From Vicinamibacterales bacterium (GTDB lineage: Bacteria > Acidobacteriota > Vicinamibacteria > Vicinamibacterales > SCN-69-37): a stretch of 64,000 nucleotides of DNA. The notes beneath the pieces were generated by a model. It ran no database searches and was not told where the DNA came from. It was given only the letters and a program-made list of their open reading frames with translations. The stretch spans positions 135 through 64,134 of the forward strand of contig DASZVJ010000133.1 in assembly GCA_035547155.1 (NCBI GenBank), read 5' to 3'. How positions within the stretch are numbered: the stretch's first letter is position 1; the number at the start of each line of letters is the position of its first letter. The translations under genes were made by a program, and so were the position numbers. Below are positions 44,376 to 54,614 of the stretch, piece after piece.

Positions 44376-45778
44376 TGTGGCTCGGGCGCACGCGCCATCT
44401 GCACTTCGTGGGGATCGGTGGGATCGGGATGAGTGGCATCGCCGAACTGGTCGCGAACCTCGGCTACCGCGTCAGCGGATCCGATGCGCGGCGATCCGAC
44501 ATCACGGATCGGCTCGCCTCGCTCGGCGTGCGCATCGACGTCGGTCACGACGGCCGCCACGTCGCTGACGCCGACGTCGTCGTCGTGTCGTCCGCGATCG
44601 CGCCGGACAATCCGGAAATCGTCGCCGCCCGCGCGCGCCACGTGCCCGTGATCCCGCGCGCCGAGATGCTCGCCGAGCTCATGCGGCTGCGCGTCGGCAT
44701 CGCCGTGGCCGGCGCGCACGGCAAGACCACGACGACGTCGATGGTAGCGCTGATGCTGGAGCACGCCGGGCTCGATCCGACCGCGGTGATTGGCGGCCGG
44801 CTCAGCGCGTTCGGCAGCAACGCGAAGCTCGGACGCGGTCAGTACATGGTCGTCGAGGCCGACGAGAGCGATCGCTCGTTCCTCAAGCTGTCGCCGGCGC
44901 TGGCCGTCATCACCAACATCGACCGCGAGCACATGGACACGTACGGATCGTTCGATCGTCTCGTCGAGGCGTTTCGCGCCTTCGCCGATCGCGTGCCGTT
45001 CTACGGCGCGGTGGTCGCGTGCGTCGATGACGAAGCGGTCCGTGCGCTGTTGCCGTCCCTCAGCCGGCGCACGATCACGTACGGCTTCAGCGATGACGCG
45101 GATGTGCGGGGGATCGCGCCGGCCAGCGACGGGCGATCTGCATCCTGCGACGTCGTCTATCAAATTCGCGGCGTGCCCGACGGCACCGGACGCGGACGAA
45201 TCGCGCTCAGCGTGCCGGGCCGGCACAACCTGCAGAACGCGCTTGCCGCCGCAGCGATCGGGCTCGAGATCGGCGTGCGGTTCGACGAGATCCAATCGGC
45301 GCTCGCGGACTTCCGCGGCGCCGAGCGCCGGTATCAGGTGCGAGGCGCGGTCGCTGGCGTCACGGTCGTCGACGACTACGGTCATCATCCGACGGAGATC
45401 GCGGCGGTCTTGCGCGCCGCGCGTGACGGCCGTCCGGGACGGCTGGTCGTCGTCTTTCAACCGCATCGCTTCAGCCGCACGCGCGATCTGCTCGACGCGT
45501 TCGGACCCGCGCTGAGCGGTGCGGATGTCGTCGTGCTCACCGACATCTATGCCGCCGGCGAGGCGCCAATCGATGGCGTCACCGTCGACGCGCTCGCGCG
45601 CGCGATCGAGCCGCACGTGAAGCGGCTCGTCGTCGCGCGCAGCCTGGACGCCGTGCCTGATGTCGTCGCATCCGACGCACGCGCCGGCGATTTGGTGATC
45701 ACGCTCGGCGCGGGATCGATCGCGGCCGCGGCGCCTCGCATTCTCGACGCGCTGTCTCGACGGGAGGCCCGCGCATGA
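44375..45778 (+). CDS. murC: UDP-MurNAc:L-Ala ligase MurC
   Basis: The ATG at 44375 overlaps the murG TGA by 1 nt. HFVGIGGIGMSGIAE, and VAGAHGKTTTTSM P-loop. Confidence 0.95.
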   Translation: MWLGRTRHLHFVGIGGIGMSGIAELVANLGYRVSGSDARRSDITDRLASLGVRIDVGHDGRHVADADVVVVSSAIAPDNPEIVAARARHVPVIPRAEMLAELMRLRVGIAVAGAHGKTTTTSMVALMLEHAGLDPTAVIGGRLSAFGSNAKLGRGQYMVVEADESDRSFLKLSPALAVITNIDREHMDTYGSFDRLVEAFRAFADRVPFYGAVVACVDDEAVRALLPSLSRRTITYGFSDDADVRGIAPASDGRSASCDVVYQIRGVPDGTGRGRIALSVPGRHNLQNALAAAAIGLEIGVRFDEIQSALADFRGAERRYQVRGAVAGVTVVDDYGHHPTEIAAVLRAARDGRPGRLVVVFQPHRFSRTRDLLDAFGPALSGADVVVLTDIYAAGEAPIDGVTVDALARAIEPHVKRLVVARSLDAVPDVVASDARAGDLVITLGAGSIAAAAPRILDALSRREARA

Positions 45779-46644
45779 GCCGCGATCACGCCGCACGCCG
45801 CGGTCTGCCGACGCCGGGCGTCGCGATGCCCGCCGACCGGCGCTTTCACCGTGCGGATGGATCCGCAGGCCGGCGCCGGCGCTACGGCCGCCTGACCACG
45901 CGTCTGGTGCGGTGGGGCGTCGTCACGCTCGTCGTAGCCGGCATCTGCGCGTGGCTCGGAACGCTCGTGCTCCACAGCGAGCTCCTGCGCATCCGGCGTC
46001 TGGTCGTGCACGGCAATGCGCATCTTTCGACGGGCGACGTCGAGTCGATTCTCGACGGCATCCACCGCGAGAACCTGCTGCAGGCCGATCTGCCCGCGTA
46101 TCGCCAGCGTCTGCTGGACTCGCCGTGGGTCGCCGACGTGCGGCTGTCGCGCGTGCTGCCGGCCACGCTCGACATCACCGTCGTCGAGCGCGTGCCGATG
46201 GCCGTCGCGCGTCAGGGCGACCGGTTGTTCCTCGTCGACGACGACGGCGTGATCATCGACGACTACGGCCCCGAATACGCGCAGTTCGACCTGCCCGTCG
46301 TCGACGGATTGCTCGTCGCGTCGAAGGCCGGTGCGCCGGCCGTGCCGGCGGAGCGCGCCAGGCTCGCCGACGATCTGCTGACGGCGTTGGGCGCGCGTCC
46401 GGACCTGCGCAAGCGCGTCTCGCAGATCGACGTGTCCAACGCCCACGATGCGGTCGTCCTGTTCGACGACGACCCCGCGTGGCTGCACCTCGGTGACGCG
46501 CGATTCGTCGAGCGTCTTCAGAACTACATCGACTTGAGGCCGCGGTTGATCGAGCGGTTTCGCGACATCGACTACGTCGATCTCCGATTCGACGAGCGGG
46601 TGTACTTGCGCGGGCCGGCGAAGACCGTCGCGGCGAGACACTGA
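45775..46644 (+). CDS. ftsQ: Cell division protein FtsQ (POTRA domain)
   Basis: ATGA overlap with murC. One TM (WGVVTLVVAGICAWLGTLVL), then POTRA-like IRRLVVHGNAHLSTGDV…WVADVRLSRVLPATLDITVVER. Confidence 0.8.
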   Translation: MSRDHAARRGLPTPGVAMPADRRFHRADGSAGRRRRYGRLTTRLVRWGVVTLVVAGICAWLGTLVLHSELLRIRRLVVHGNAHLSTGDVESILDGIHRENLLQADLPAYRQRLLDSPWVADVRLSRVLPATLDITVVERVPMAVARQGDRLFLVDDDGVIIDDYGPEYAQFDLPVVDGLLVASKAGAPAVPAERARLADDLLTALGARPDLRKRVSQIDVSNAHDAVVLFDDDPAWLHLGDARFVERLQNYIDLRPRLIERFRDIDYVDLRFDERVYLRGPAKTVAARH

Positions 46645-46668
46645 GGCGGCGGGCTGAGCGAAGCGAGG

Positions 46669-47907
46669 ATGGGTATGGCGCGGAGAGAACGATATCTGGT
46701 GGGGCTCGACGTGGGGACCGCCGCCGTGACGGTCATCGTCGGCGAGGTGATGGATGACGGCACGCTGGACATCATCGGCATCGGCATGGCCGAGTCGAAG
46801 GGCATCCGGCGCGGCATCGTCAACAACGTCGACTCGGCGGCCGAGGCGATCAAGCGCGCGCTCGACGAAGCCGAGCTGACCGCTGGCGTCGAGATCGACA
46901 ACGTCCATCTCGCGTTGTCCGGGGCCCACGTGAAAGCGTTCAACAGCCGCGGCGTCGTCGCAGTCGCGGGCCGCAATCGCGAGATCACGCGCGAGGACGT
47001 CAAGCGCGCGATCGACGCGGCGCGCGCGGTCGCGCTGCCGGGCGGGCGCGAGATCCTCCACGTCCTGCCGCAGGACTTCGTCGTCGACGACGTCGACGGC
47101 GTGCCATCGCCGGTGGGCATGACGGGCAGCCGTCTCGAGGTGAACGTGCACGTCGTCACCGGCAGCTCGTCGTCGATGCAGAACATGATCGCGTGCGTCA
47201 ACCGCGCGGGCGTCGAAGTCGTCGATACGGTGCTCGAGCAGCTGGCGGCGAGCGAGGCCGTGCTCACTGACGATGAGCGCAACCTCGGCGTGTGCCTCGT
47301 CGACATCGGCGGCGGCACGACGGACTTCGCGATCTTCGAGCGCGGCAGCCTGTGGCACACGGGCGTGCTCGCGATCGGCGGCGATCACTTCACGAACGAC
47401 ATCGCCGTCGGCCTGCGCATGCCGATCCCCGACGCGGAGAAGCTGAAGCGTCGATCCGGCTGCGCGTTGACGTCGCTCGTGGCCGAAGACGACACGATGG
47501 AAGTCGTCAGCATCGCCGGCCGGCGCGCGCGCGTGATGCCGCGACGGGTGCTGTCGGAGATCCTGCAGCCGCGTGCGGAAGAGATCTGCCACTTGCTTTG
47601 GGATGAGATCCGCCGCGCCGGGTACGAGAAGTCGCTGAACTCCGGCATGGTGCTCACGGGCGGCGGCGCGCTGCTGGAAGGGATGACGGAAATCGCGGAG
47701 CAGATCTTCGCGATGCCCGTTCGTCGCGCTGCACCGGAAGGCATCGGCGGCTTGGCCGATCACGTCAACAGCCCGGCGTTCGCGACGCCGGTCGGCATCG
47801 TCACGTATGCGCATGGGCGCATGCAGGCCGAACCGGTGGCCGTCGGTCCAAGCGTGCTGGGCCGGCTGATCGGCCAGTTTGGAACCTTGTTCAAAGAGTT
47901 TTTCTGA
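46669..47907 (+). CDS. ftsA: Cell division protein FtsA
   Basis: 412 aa. Actin-fold motifs [24 protein letters not shown] and [10 protein letters not shown]. Confidence 0.95.
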   Translation: MGMARRERYLVGLDVGTAAVTVIVGEVMDDGTLDIIGIGMAESKGIRRGIVNNVDSAAEAIKRALDEAELTAGVEIDNVHLALSGAHVKAFNSRGVVAVAGRNREITREDVKRAIDAARAVALPGGREILHVLPQDFVVDDVDGVPSPVGMTGSRLEVNVHVVTGSSSSMQNMIACVNRAGVEVVDTVLEQLAASEAVLTDDERNLGVCLVDIGGGTTDFAIFERGSLWHTGVLAIGGDHFTNDIAVGLRMPIPDAEKLKRRSGCALTSLVAEDDTMEVVSIAGRRARVMPRRVLSEILQPRAEEICHLLWDEIRRAGYEKSLNSGMVLTGGGALLEGMTEIAEQIFAMPVRRAAPEGIGGLADHVNSPAFATPVGIVTYAHGRMQAEPVAVGPSVLGRLIGQFGTLFKEFF

Positions 47908-47972
47908 GATTGCGCTGTACGTCCGGACGAAAGTCTGGTACTGATGTTTCGCCTGAAAGGATCGCTTCCATC

Positions 47973-49220
47973 ATGGATGCTCGCCATTCGATCAATGTTT
48001 CCGACGCCCGGCTGCGCATGACGCTCGATGAGCATCTGAAAGCCGGCGCGCGCATCAAGGTCATCGGTGTGGGCGGCGGCGGGGGCAACGCCGTGAACCG
48101 CATGGTCAACGCCGGCCTGGGCGACGTCGAGTTCATCGTCGCGAACACCGATCAGCAGGCGCTGCTGAACAACGCCGCGCCGGTCAAGCTGCAGATCGGA
48201 TCGCAGTTGACGAAAGGACTGGGCGCGGGCGCCGATCCCGGAGTCGGCCGCGCCGCGGCGCTCGAGGACACGGACAAGATCCTCGAGGCGCTCACGGGCG
48301 CCGACCTGGTGTTCGTGACCACGGGGCTCGGCGGCGGCACGGGGACCGGCGCTGCGCCGGTCATCGCGAGCCTCGCGAATCAGATGGGCGCGCTGACCGT
48401 CGCGGTCGTGACCAAGCCCTTCCGCTTCGAGGGCCGCAAGCGCCAGAACCAGGCCGAGCTCGGCCTGCGCGAGCTGAAGGAATCGGTCGACTCGATGATC
48501 ACGATCCCGAACGAGCGCCTGCTCACGACGGTCGACAGGTCGACGAGCATGGCCGCTGCATTCGAGACGGCCGACGACGTGCTACGGCAGGCGATCCAGG
48601 GGATCTCGGATCTGATCCTCGTGCCAGGCCTGATCAACCTCGATTTCGCCGACGTGAAGACGATCATGTCGCGCATGGGGCTGGCGATCATGGGCACGGG
48701 CATCGCGAGCGGTGAGGGACGTGCGCGGCTCGCGGCCACGGCCGCGGTGTCGAGCCCGCTGCTCGAGGACGCGAACGTCGAAGGCGCGCGCGGCGTGATC
48801 ATCAACGTGACCGGCGGTCCGGACTTGACGCTGGCCGAAGTCAGCGAAGCCTCGGACATCGTCTACAGCGCCGCGCACGAGGACGCGAACATCATCTTTG
48901 GGGCCGTCGTCGACCCGGCGATGGAAGGCCGCGTCAAGATCACCGTAATCGCGACGGGCTTCGATCACGCGACGGTCGAGACATCACCTGCGGCGCAAGC
49001 CACGAAGACGACGCCCGTCGATCTGTCGCAGTACGCGGCGGTGTCTGCACGGACGCCGGCCGAGGAGCGTATCGCGGTCAACGGCGGGACGCCCGTCGTC
49101 GCGCGCCGCCGCGGTGTGGACCTTGTCGGCGCCGCGTATCGTCAGGCTGCCGCGCCAGCAGGCGAGGACGGCGAGTCGGCGCTCGACATGCCGACGTTCC
49201 TTCGGCGGCAGGAAGGCTGA
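47973..49220 (+). CDS. ftsZ: Cell division GTPase FtsZ
   Basis: Start at the ATG at 47973, preceded by [24 protein letters not shown], and the [11 protein letters not shown] tubulin signature. C-terminal [10 protein letters not shown] peptide. Confidence 0.95.
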   Translation: MDARHSINVSDARLRMTLDEHLKAGARIKVIGVGGGGGNAVNRMVNAGLGDVEFIVANTDQQALLNNAAPVKLQIGSQLTKGLGAGADPGVGRAAALEDTDKILEALTGADLVFVTTGLGGGTGTGAAPVIASLANQMGALTVAVVTKPFRFEGRKRQNQAELGLRELKESVDSMITIPNERLLTTVDRSTSMAAAFETADDVLRQAIQGISDLILVPGLINLDFADVKTIMSRMGLAIMGTGIASGEGRARLAATAAVSSPLLEDANVEGARGVIINVTGGPDLTLAEVSEASDIVYSAAHEDANIIFGAVVDPAMEGRVKITVIATGFDHATVETSPAAQATKTTPVDLSQYAAVSARTPAEERIAVNGGTPVVARRRGVDLVGAAYRQAAAPAGEDGESALDMPTFLRRQEG

Positions 49221-49227
49221 AGGGAAA

Positions 49228-49241
49228 GTTCGAAGTTCGAA
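49228..49241. repeat. Two perfect tandem heptamers GTTCGAA-GTTCGAA (equal to TTCGAAC x2 on the other strand) in the convergent ftsZ/nagB spacer
   Basis: Read directly. Same family as 52480-52500 and 8338-8365. Confidence 0.6.
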
Positions 49242-49245
49242 AGCC

Positions 49246-50013
49246 TTACGCCCACCGCGATAGCTGGTCTGGCGTCAGCCCGGCCGCAGCGTCGCGATCG
49301 AGATAGATCGTCGTCCGCGCATGCTGCCGTAGCGCGGACGCGGGAACCATCGCGCTGATGCCTTCGTCGCCGAAGCTGTCAGCGACCGCCTGCCGCTTGC
49401 GCGCACCGGACGCCAGACACAGAATCTGCCGCGCCTGCAGGATCTCGTGCACGGACATCGTGATCGCGCGCTTCGGCACGTCCGTGACGTCGCGAAACCA
49501 GCCCTCTCCAACCTGCTGACGACGGCACGCCTCGTCGAGCTCGACGACGAGGAACGGACGCGTGGTCTCCAGATCCGCCGGCGGATCGTTGAAGGCGAGA
49601 TGCGCGTTCTCGCCGATGCCCACGAAGGCGAGCTCGATCGGCGCCTTGCCCAGCTCGGCGCTGACGCGACGAATCACCTCGCCCGGATCGCCGCTTGCCG
49701 CGTCCAGCATGTGTGCACGACGGATGCCGACGCGGTCGATCAACCGCTCGTGCAGGAACCGTACGAAGCTCGCCGGATGATTCGGCGGAAGATCGAGATA
49801 CTCGTCCAGATGGAAGAGCTCGACGCGGTCCCACGCGATTGACGACTCGGCGCAGAGCGCTTCGAGGAATGCGATCTGTGACGTGCCTGTCGCCGCAATC
49901 AGCCGCGCGCCACCACGGGCGGCAATCGTCTCGCGCAGCACGTGCGCCGCATCCGCCGCCGCATCGCGACTGAGCGCCACGGCGTTGTCGTAGACCCGAA
50001 TTCGCATCCGCAC
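49246..50013 (-). CDS. nagB: Glucosamine-6-phosphate deaminase / 6-phosphogluconolactonase family protein (NagB-like)
   Basis: 255 aa. ATGTSQIAFLEAL…FHLDEY…VGIGENAHLAFNDPPAD matches the NagB/Pgl-family pattern. Confidence 0.8.
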   Translation of the reverse strand: MRMRIRVYDNAVALSRDAAADAAHVLRETIAARGGARLIAATGTSQIAFLEALCAESSIAWDRVELFHLDEYLDLPPNHPASFVRFLHERLIDRVGIRRAHMLDAASGDPGEVIRRVSAELGKAPIELAFVGIGENAHLAFNDPPADLETTRPFLVVELDEACRRQQVGEGWFRDVTDVPKRAITMSVHEILQARQILCLASGARKRQAVADSFGDEGISAMVPASALRQHARTTIYLDRDAAAGLTPDQLSRWA

Positions 50014-50059
50014 AGTAGACCACGAGCGGCGCCGATCCCGGATGCGGCCGTGCGTCGCC

Positions 50060-50506
50060 TCACGTGCGGTCGAGCAGCTTGTAGATCACCGGCAGGCACG
50101 CACCCGCCACGGCGCCCTGGATCGCGAACAGCAACATCTCGATGCTCCAGTGAGACGGGGCATACACCATGAACTGCATCGCGATGACTCCGCCGACCGC
50201 GCACGTCGCGGAGGCGCGCGCCAACGCGCGAGGGCTCGCCGGCGCGCCGGACAGCCGCTCCAGTGAAATCAGGAACACCGGCAGAACGAGGAGGAACGCC
50301 AGCGATGTCCAGAAGGACACGGCGAGAACGTCGCCGCGATGAGGACGACGCCCAGACATGAGCGTACCGATTCCAAACGTCACCACGAGTCCGAGCGCCT
50401 GTGAGATGGCCCAGGTCGTCACGACCTTGAGCGCCGCGCCGACCACTCCGAGGGCATGACGCATACGGTTCTGCTGGTGTGCGGGCACAGCGTATCCCAA
50501 CGGCAA
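50060..50506 (-). CDS. Small hypothetical membrane protein (about 4 TM)
   Basis: 148 aa ORF with four hydrophobic segments. No recognisable family. Start uncertain (M1 or M15). Confidence 0.45.
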   Translation of the reverse strand: MPLGYAVPAHQQNRMRHALGVVGAALKVVTTWAISQALGLVVTFGIGTLMSGRRPHRGDVLAVSFWTSLAFLLVLPVFLISLERLSGAPASPRALARASATCAVGGVIAMQFMVYAPSHWSIEMLLFAIQGAVAGACLPVIYKLLDRT

Positions 50507-50638
50507 TCGCTCGAGCGCCGAAGCTGCTCACGGGGGCGACCTGCCCGTCGCATCGGCGTGCAAGTACAATTGCCAGAGCCAGACTGTCCGCCGGCGTCGC
50601 CGGCGGACGTGCGCCACACGCACGACTGGCACGTCATC

Positions 50639-52444
50639 GTGAGCGCCAAATCCAGCCGGTCCCGCCAGACGAACGCTGCGCCTCGACGCGGGGGCGCCGA
50701 TCCGCGCGCGAGCCGGCAGGACATTCTGGCGCGTGAAGTCGGCGCGGTGCGCCGTGCCCACGGTGGCCGCTTGCGCGTGGCTCTGGCGTTTCCGAACACG
50801 TACTTCGTCGGGATGTCGAACCTCGGCCTCCAGAGCGTCTACCAGCGGTTCAACGCGGACGAGCGCGTGGTGTGCGAGCGCGTGTTCCTGCCGGCGAAGC
50901 AGGAACTTGCGGCGATGTCCGGACGAGGGCCGTCCCTCGTGACGCTCGAATCGGGCACGCCGGTGCGCGATTTCGACGTGTTCGCGTTCTCGGTGTCGTT
51001 CGAATGGGACTACACGAACGTCGTGGCGATGCTCCGGCTCGCGGGCCTCGCACCCCGCGCGGCCAACCGCCACTGGCGCGATCCGCTCATCGTCGTGGGC
51101 GGCGCCGTCACGTTCGTGAATCCGGAACCGCTCGCGCCATTCGCGGATCTGATTGCGGCCGGCGAAGCCGAGCTGCTCGTCCCCGACATCGTCGATGCGA
51201 TTGCCGAGATCGGGCTGCGCGACCGCGAGACGCTGCTGGAGCGGCTGGCGACGATTCGTGGCTGTTACGTGCCGAGCCTCTATGAGGTGACGTACGACGG
51301 CCCCGGGCGCGTCGCGGCCATCACGCCGCGTCCGGACAGCCACGCGCCGGCAGTCGTCAGGAAAGCCGCAGTGAAAGCGGCGGACCGTCTGGATCCCCCA
51401 GCCACGAGCATCTTCACGCCCGACACCGAGTTCGGCTCGCGTCTGCTGATCGAGGTCGTGCGTGGTTGCGCGAATCTCTGCCGGTTCTGTTGGGCCGGCT
51501 ACAACTACCTGCCCGTCAGGCCCTTTTCGACGCAGCGCATCCTCGAGATCGCCGAGGCGGCGCGGCCATACGCGACGCGCGTCGGCCTGGTCTCCATCGC
51601 CCTCTGCGACCATCCGGACATCGAGCTGATCCTCGAACGCCTGATCGCCATGGGCTACGGCATCAGCCCCGCGTCGCTGCGCCTCGACGATCTCACCGAC
51701 CCGATCGTCGCGCTCCTGAAGCAGAGCGGCGAGCGGTCGATCACCATCGCGCCGGAGACCGGCTCGGATCGGCTCAGGCGTGTGATCAACAAGACGGTCA
51801 CCAACGACCAGATCCTCGACAAGACCGACCTGATCTTCCGGCACGGCATCGAGAACCTGAAGCTGTACTTCATGATCGGCCTGCCGTCGGAGGAGACGGC
51901 CGATCTCGAGGCGATTCGAGACCTCGTCCGCGAGATGCACGCACGGATGCTGGAGCACGCGTCCGCGCGCGGGACGGTCGGCCGCCTCGTCGCGTCCGTC
52001 AACCCGCTGGTGCCGAAGCCGGGCACCACCTACCAGTGGCTGCCGATGACGCCGGCGGCCGAGATCGACGCGAAAATCGAGCAGCTGCGCGCGCTCGTGG
52101 CCGACCTCGACAACGTCTACTTCAACATCAAGTCGGAGCGGCATTCGTTCTATCAGGGCCTCCTGTCCCTTGGCGACCGTCGAGTCGCCGACGTGATCGA
52201 GATCGCCGAGCGCAATGGCGGCAATTGGCGCGCGGCGGTGGCCGAGGCGGGCATCGATGCTTCGGCGTACCTCTATCGCGACCGCACGACCGATCCGTTC
52301 CTGCCGTGGCAGATCATCGACGGTGGCTTCAAGTCCACGTTCTTCCGCGACGAGCTCGAGAAGAGCCGTCGCGCCGAGTGGACGCTGCCTCCGAAGCGCC
52401 GAAGCGCCGCCGATCCGATCGAAGTCCTCGCGGTCGATCAATAG
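50639..52444 (+). CDS. B12-binding-domain radical SAM protein, TIGR03960-like
   Basis: LRVALAFPNTYFVGMSNLGLQSVY… and the VRGCANLCRFCWAG CxxxCxxC motif. The 5' end is uncertain. The track ATG at 50456 overlaps the divergent membrane gene. The GTG at 50639 is a guess. Confidence 0.75.
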   Translation: MSAKSSRSRQTNAAPRRGGADPRASRQDILAREVGAVRRAHGGRLRVALAFPNTYFVGMSNLGLQSVYQRFNADERVVCERVFLPAKQELAAMSGRGPSLVTLESGTPVRDFDVFAFSVSFEWDYTNVVAMLRLAGLAPRAANRHWRDPLIVVGGAVTFVNPEPLAPFADLIAAGEAELLVPDIVDAIAEIGLRDRETLLERLATIRGCYVPSLYEVTYDGPGRVAAITPRPDSHAPAVVRKAAVKAADRLDPPATSIFTPDTEFGSRLLIEVVRGCANLCRFCWAGYNYLPVRPFSTQRILEIAEAARPYATRVGLVSIALCDHPDIELILERLIAMGYGISPASLRLDDLTDPIVALLKQSGERSITIAPETGSDRLRRVINKTVTNDQILDKTDLIFRHGIENLKLYFMIGLPSEETADLEAIRDLVREMHARMLEHASARGTVGRLVASVNPLVPKPGTTYQWLPMTPAAEIDAKIEQLRALVADLDNVYFNIKSERHSFYQGLLSLGDRRVADVIEIAERNGGNWRAAVAEAGIDASAYLYRDRTTDPFLPWQIIDGGFKSTFFRDELEKSRRAEWTLPPKRRSAADPIEVLAVDQ

Positions 52445-52479
52445 CCGAAACACTCGCCGGCGGCCGTCGTCACGCCTTT

Positions 52480-52500
52480 CTTCGAACTTCGAACTTCGAA
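52480..52500. repeat. Three perfect tandem heptamers CTTCGAA-CTTCGAA-CTTCGAA in a convergent spacer
   Basis: Read directly from the sequence. Confidence 0.7.
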
Positions 52501-52506
52501 TTGCCC

Positions 52507-52806
52507 CTACACCGCCTCCGCCAGCGCGGCTTCGTGCTCCTTGTACGCTTCCAGAATCAGATCGCGCAGGCGCTCCTGAGACGATGAGTCGGCCGCCGGG
52601 CGGAGGAGCGCGTAGCTGCGTCGTTCGCCGTTGACGATGTACTGTCGAGCCGGGAACGTCACATTGCGGCCACCATTCCTTCGCTCCCAGATTCCGAAGC
52701 CGAGCAGCTTCAAGCCGTCCAGTGGACCTCCGGAGAAAAACAGCTCCGCGTCGGCGAGCTTCCCGGCCGGGACTCCTTTGTCGTTTGGAAAGAACTTGAC
52801 CGTCAT
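52507..52806 (-). CDS. Small conserved-looking protein with SpoVG-like pattern (99 aa)
   Basis: Start at the ATG at 52806, preceded by GGAGGAG. MTVKFFPNDKGVPAGKLADAELFFSGGPLDGLKLLGFGIWERRNGGRNVTFPARQY…LLRPA…RLRDLILEAY mirrors the SpoVG layout (…FVAMPSKR…RDI.HP…R..I…L.EY). The similarity was judged by eye only. Confidence 0.45.
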   Translation of the reverse strand: MTVKFFPNDKGVPAGKLADAELFFSGGPLDGLKLLGFGIWERRNGGRNVTFPARQYIVNGERRSYALLRPAADSSSQERLRDLILEAYKEHEAALAEAV

Positions 52807-52981
52807 ATCGCGTCTCCTCCGCGCCGTGCGGCGCGCACGGAAGGAGAGCAAACGCGGCGCCACAGGCAACGGAGTGCTCGCAACTATCGACAGCCGAAGC
52901 GCTTCGCGCATCAGACGATGAGCGGGCGCGTGGTGGGATGGGTGCGAATGGAAACTGCGGTTCGCGGGCTACGATGATCGC

Positions 52982-53761
52982 GTGCCGAAAGCGATCACTC
53001 CAGTTGCCCAGGGCTTCAGATGGACGGAATCCGCGGCGGGTCGAGCGCTCGTCTGCGCGTCGCTCGCGCCGTTCGCATTGCATGCGTTCACGATGCGCGA
53101 TCTCCGATTCGTGCGTCCGCTCGACGATCCCGACTACGGCGCGCTGGCGGAAACTCTGGGCGTCTCCGTCGCTGACGTCGTGCGCGTCCGTCAGGTTCAT
53201 GGCCGAACCGTCGTGGTCGTACAGCCGGGCGACACGATGGCCACGCCGCCGGATGCCGACGCGATTGTCTCGACGGACCCTGCACGAGCGATGGCCGTCC
53301 GTGTCGCCGACTGCGTGCCCGTGCTGATCGCCGATCGCCGGCGCCGTGTCGTGGCCGCGGTTCATGCAGGCTGGCGTGGAACGGCTGCCGGCGTCTGCGG
53401 TGCGACGATCGAGGCGATTGCCGCGCTCGGCGTCGCGCCGAGCGATCTGGTGGCGGCGATTGGTCCCAGCATCGGTCCGTGCTGTTACCAGGTCGATCGA
53501 CCGGTCCGAGAGGCCTTCGAGGCCGCGCAGCCGGGCGCCGATGCGTGGTTCGAGGCGGATGGTCCGGACCGGTGGAGGCTCGATCTGTGGGCCGCGACGC
53601 AAGATCAGTTGACCCGCGCCGGCGTGCCGCGCGTCAGCATCAGCGCGGCGAGGCTCTGCACGGCCGACAATTTGTCCGTCTGCTATTCCTTTCGCAAGGA
53701 AGGCGCGGACGCCGGGCGCATGGTCGCGGCAATCCGGCTCGCGCCCGCGACGTCGTCCTAG
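52982..53761 (+). CDS. pgeF: Peptidoglycan editing factor PgeF (YfiH/DUF152 purine nucleoside phosphorylase-like)
   Basis: 259 aa. [22 protein letters not shown] and CYSFR motifs. Confidence 0.9.
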   Translation: MPKAITPVAQGFRWTESAAGRALVCASLAPFALHAFTMRDLRFVRPLDDPDYGALAETLGVSVADVVRVRQVHGRTVVVVQPGDTMATPPDADAIVSTDPARAMAVRVADCVPVLIADRRRRVVAAVHAGWRGTAAGVCGATIEAIAALGVAPSDLVAAIGPSIGPCCYQVDRPVREAFEAAQPGADAWFEADGPDRWRLDLWAATQDQLTRAGVPRVSISAARLCTADNLSVCYSFRKEGADAGRMVAAIRLAPATSS

Positions 53762-53771
53762 CGCGGGTTGT

Positions 53772-54587
53772 TCACTCCTCGCCGCGAAGCAGCGGCCGCT
53801 GCATGTACTGCGTGGGGACGGACGTCACAGGTTCAGGGATCTCGGCGTCCATCCGCCGGCGGCCAACGACTCGAGCGTAGCCAAGATGACGCCCCGCGTC
53901 GGCGTTCAACGCATCGATTTCGAGTCTGTTCTCCGGCGCGACGAGCTCGACCCACTCCCGCCACAGCCGCCAGCCGTCCGGCAGCGTGTCCGCCGTCTCG
54001 ACCGTCACGAGCCCCGTGCGCGCCCAATGCCGCCGCCACCAGGCCGCCGAGTGCAGACACCACATGTCCGGCGTCCACCAGCGCTCGAGATGCACCGGGA
54101 CGGCCTCGTCGAGCTCGGTCATCAGCGCTGCGCCCGCGATCCCGAGCGCGCCGCCGGGTTTCACGAACTGCGCGAGATACGCCAGATAGTGATCGTCGGT
54201 GCCGTAGTAGAAGAACGAGTCGATTGAGACGATCGCGTCGAAGAATGCCGGGTCGAAGGGGAGGGCCCGCGCGTCGGCGTGGATGGCGACGACGTCGTCT
54301 CCGGCTCCGCCATCGTCGATCCGCTGCTGGTTCTCCGCGGCGCTGAACCAGAGGTCCGTCGCCCAGACCTGCACGCCAAATTCGCGATGCAGGAAGATCG
54401 ACGACAACGCGCGGCCAGAGCCAAGATCCAGCACGCGCATGCCGGGCCGGAGATCGAGCGCTTCCGTCAGCCACTCCGTCATCCACAACGGATTGGCCGC
54501 GCCGCTGACGCCAGCGAGCACCCAGTCCGGATGGTAGGCGGACGCGCGCGGAAATCGATCGGAGAGCAGTCGCCGGTCGGCGGTCAC
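53772..54587 (-). CDS. Class I SAM-dependent methyltransferase
   Basis: 271 aa. RVLDLGSGRALSSIFL motif I, FDAIVSIDSFFY and VKPGGALGI. Confidence 0.8.
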   Translation of the reverse strand: MTADRRLLSDRFPRASAYHPDWVLAGVSGAANPLWMTEWLTEALDLRPGMRVLDLGSGRALSSIFLHREFGVQVWATDLWFSAAENQQRIDDGGAGDDVVAIHADARALPFDPAFFDAIVSIDSFFYYGTDDHYLAYLAQFVKPGGALGIAGAALMTELDEAVPVHLERWWTPDMWCLHSAAWWRRHWARTGLVTVETADTLPDGWRLWREWVELVAPENRLEIDALNADAGRHLGYARVVGRRRMDAEIPEPVTSVPTQYMQRPLLRGEE

Positions 54588-54614
54588 GTGACGGCTCTTG
54601 ATGCGGCTTCTTCG

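Noticed and set aside
45547-47814. 755-aa minus-strand ORF
   Set aside because: It is antisense to ftsQ and ftsA.
52480-52500. Heptamer repeats as a CRISPR or minisatellite
   Set aside because: The units are only 7 nt with no spacers and only 2-4 copies. I report them as a short tandem or REP-like motif instead.
50528-53602. 1024-aa minus-strand ORF, the longest in the track
   Set aside because: It runs antisense across the radical SAM gene and pgeF and overlaps the SpoVG-like gene out of frame. Its translation is Arg-rich low-complexity sequence. The plus-strand genes carry unambiguous motifs (CxxxCxxC, HAGWRGT).
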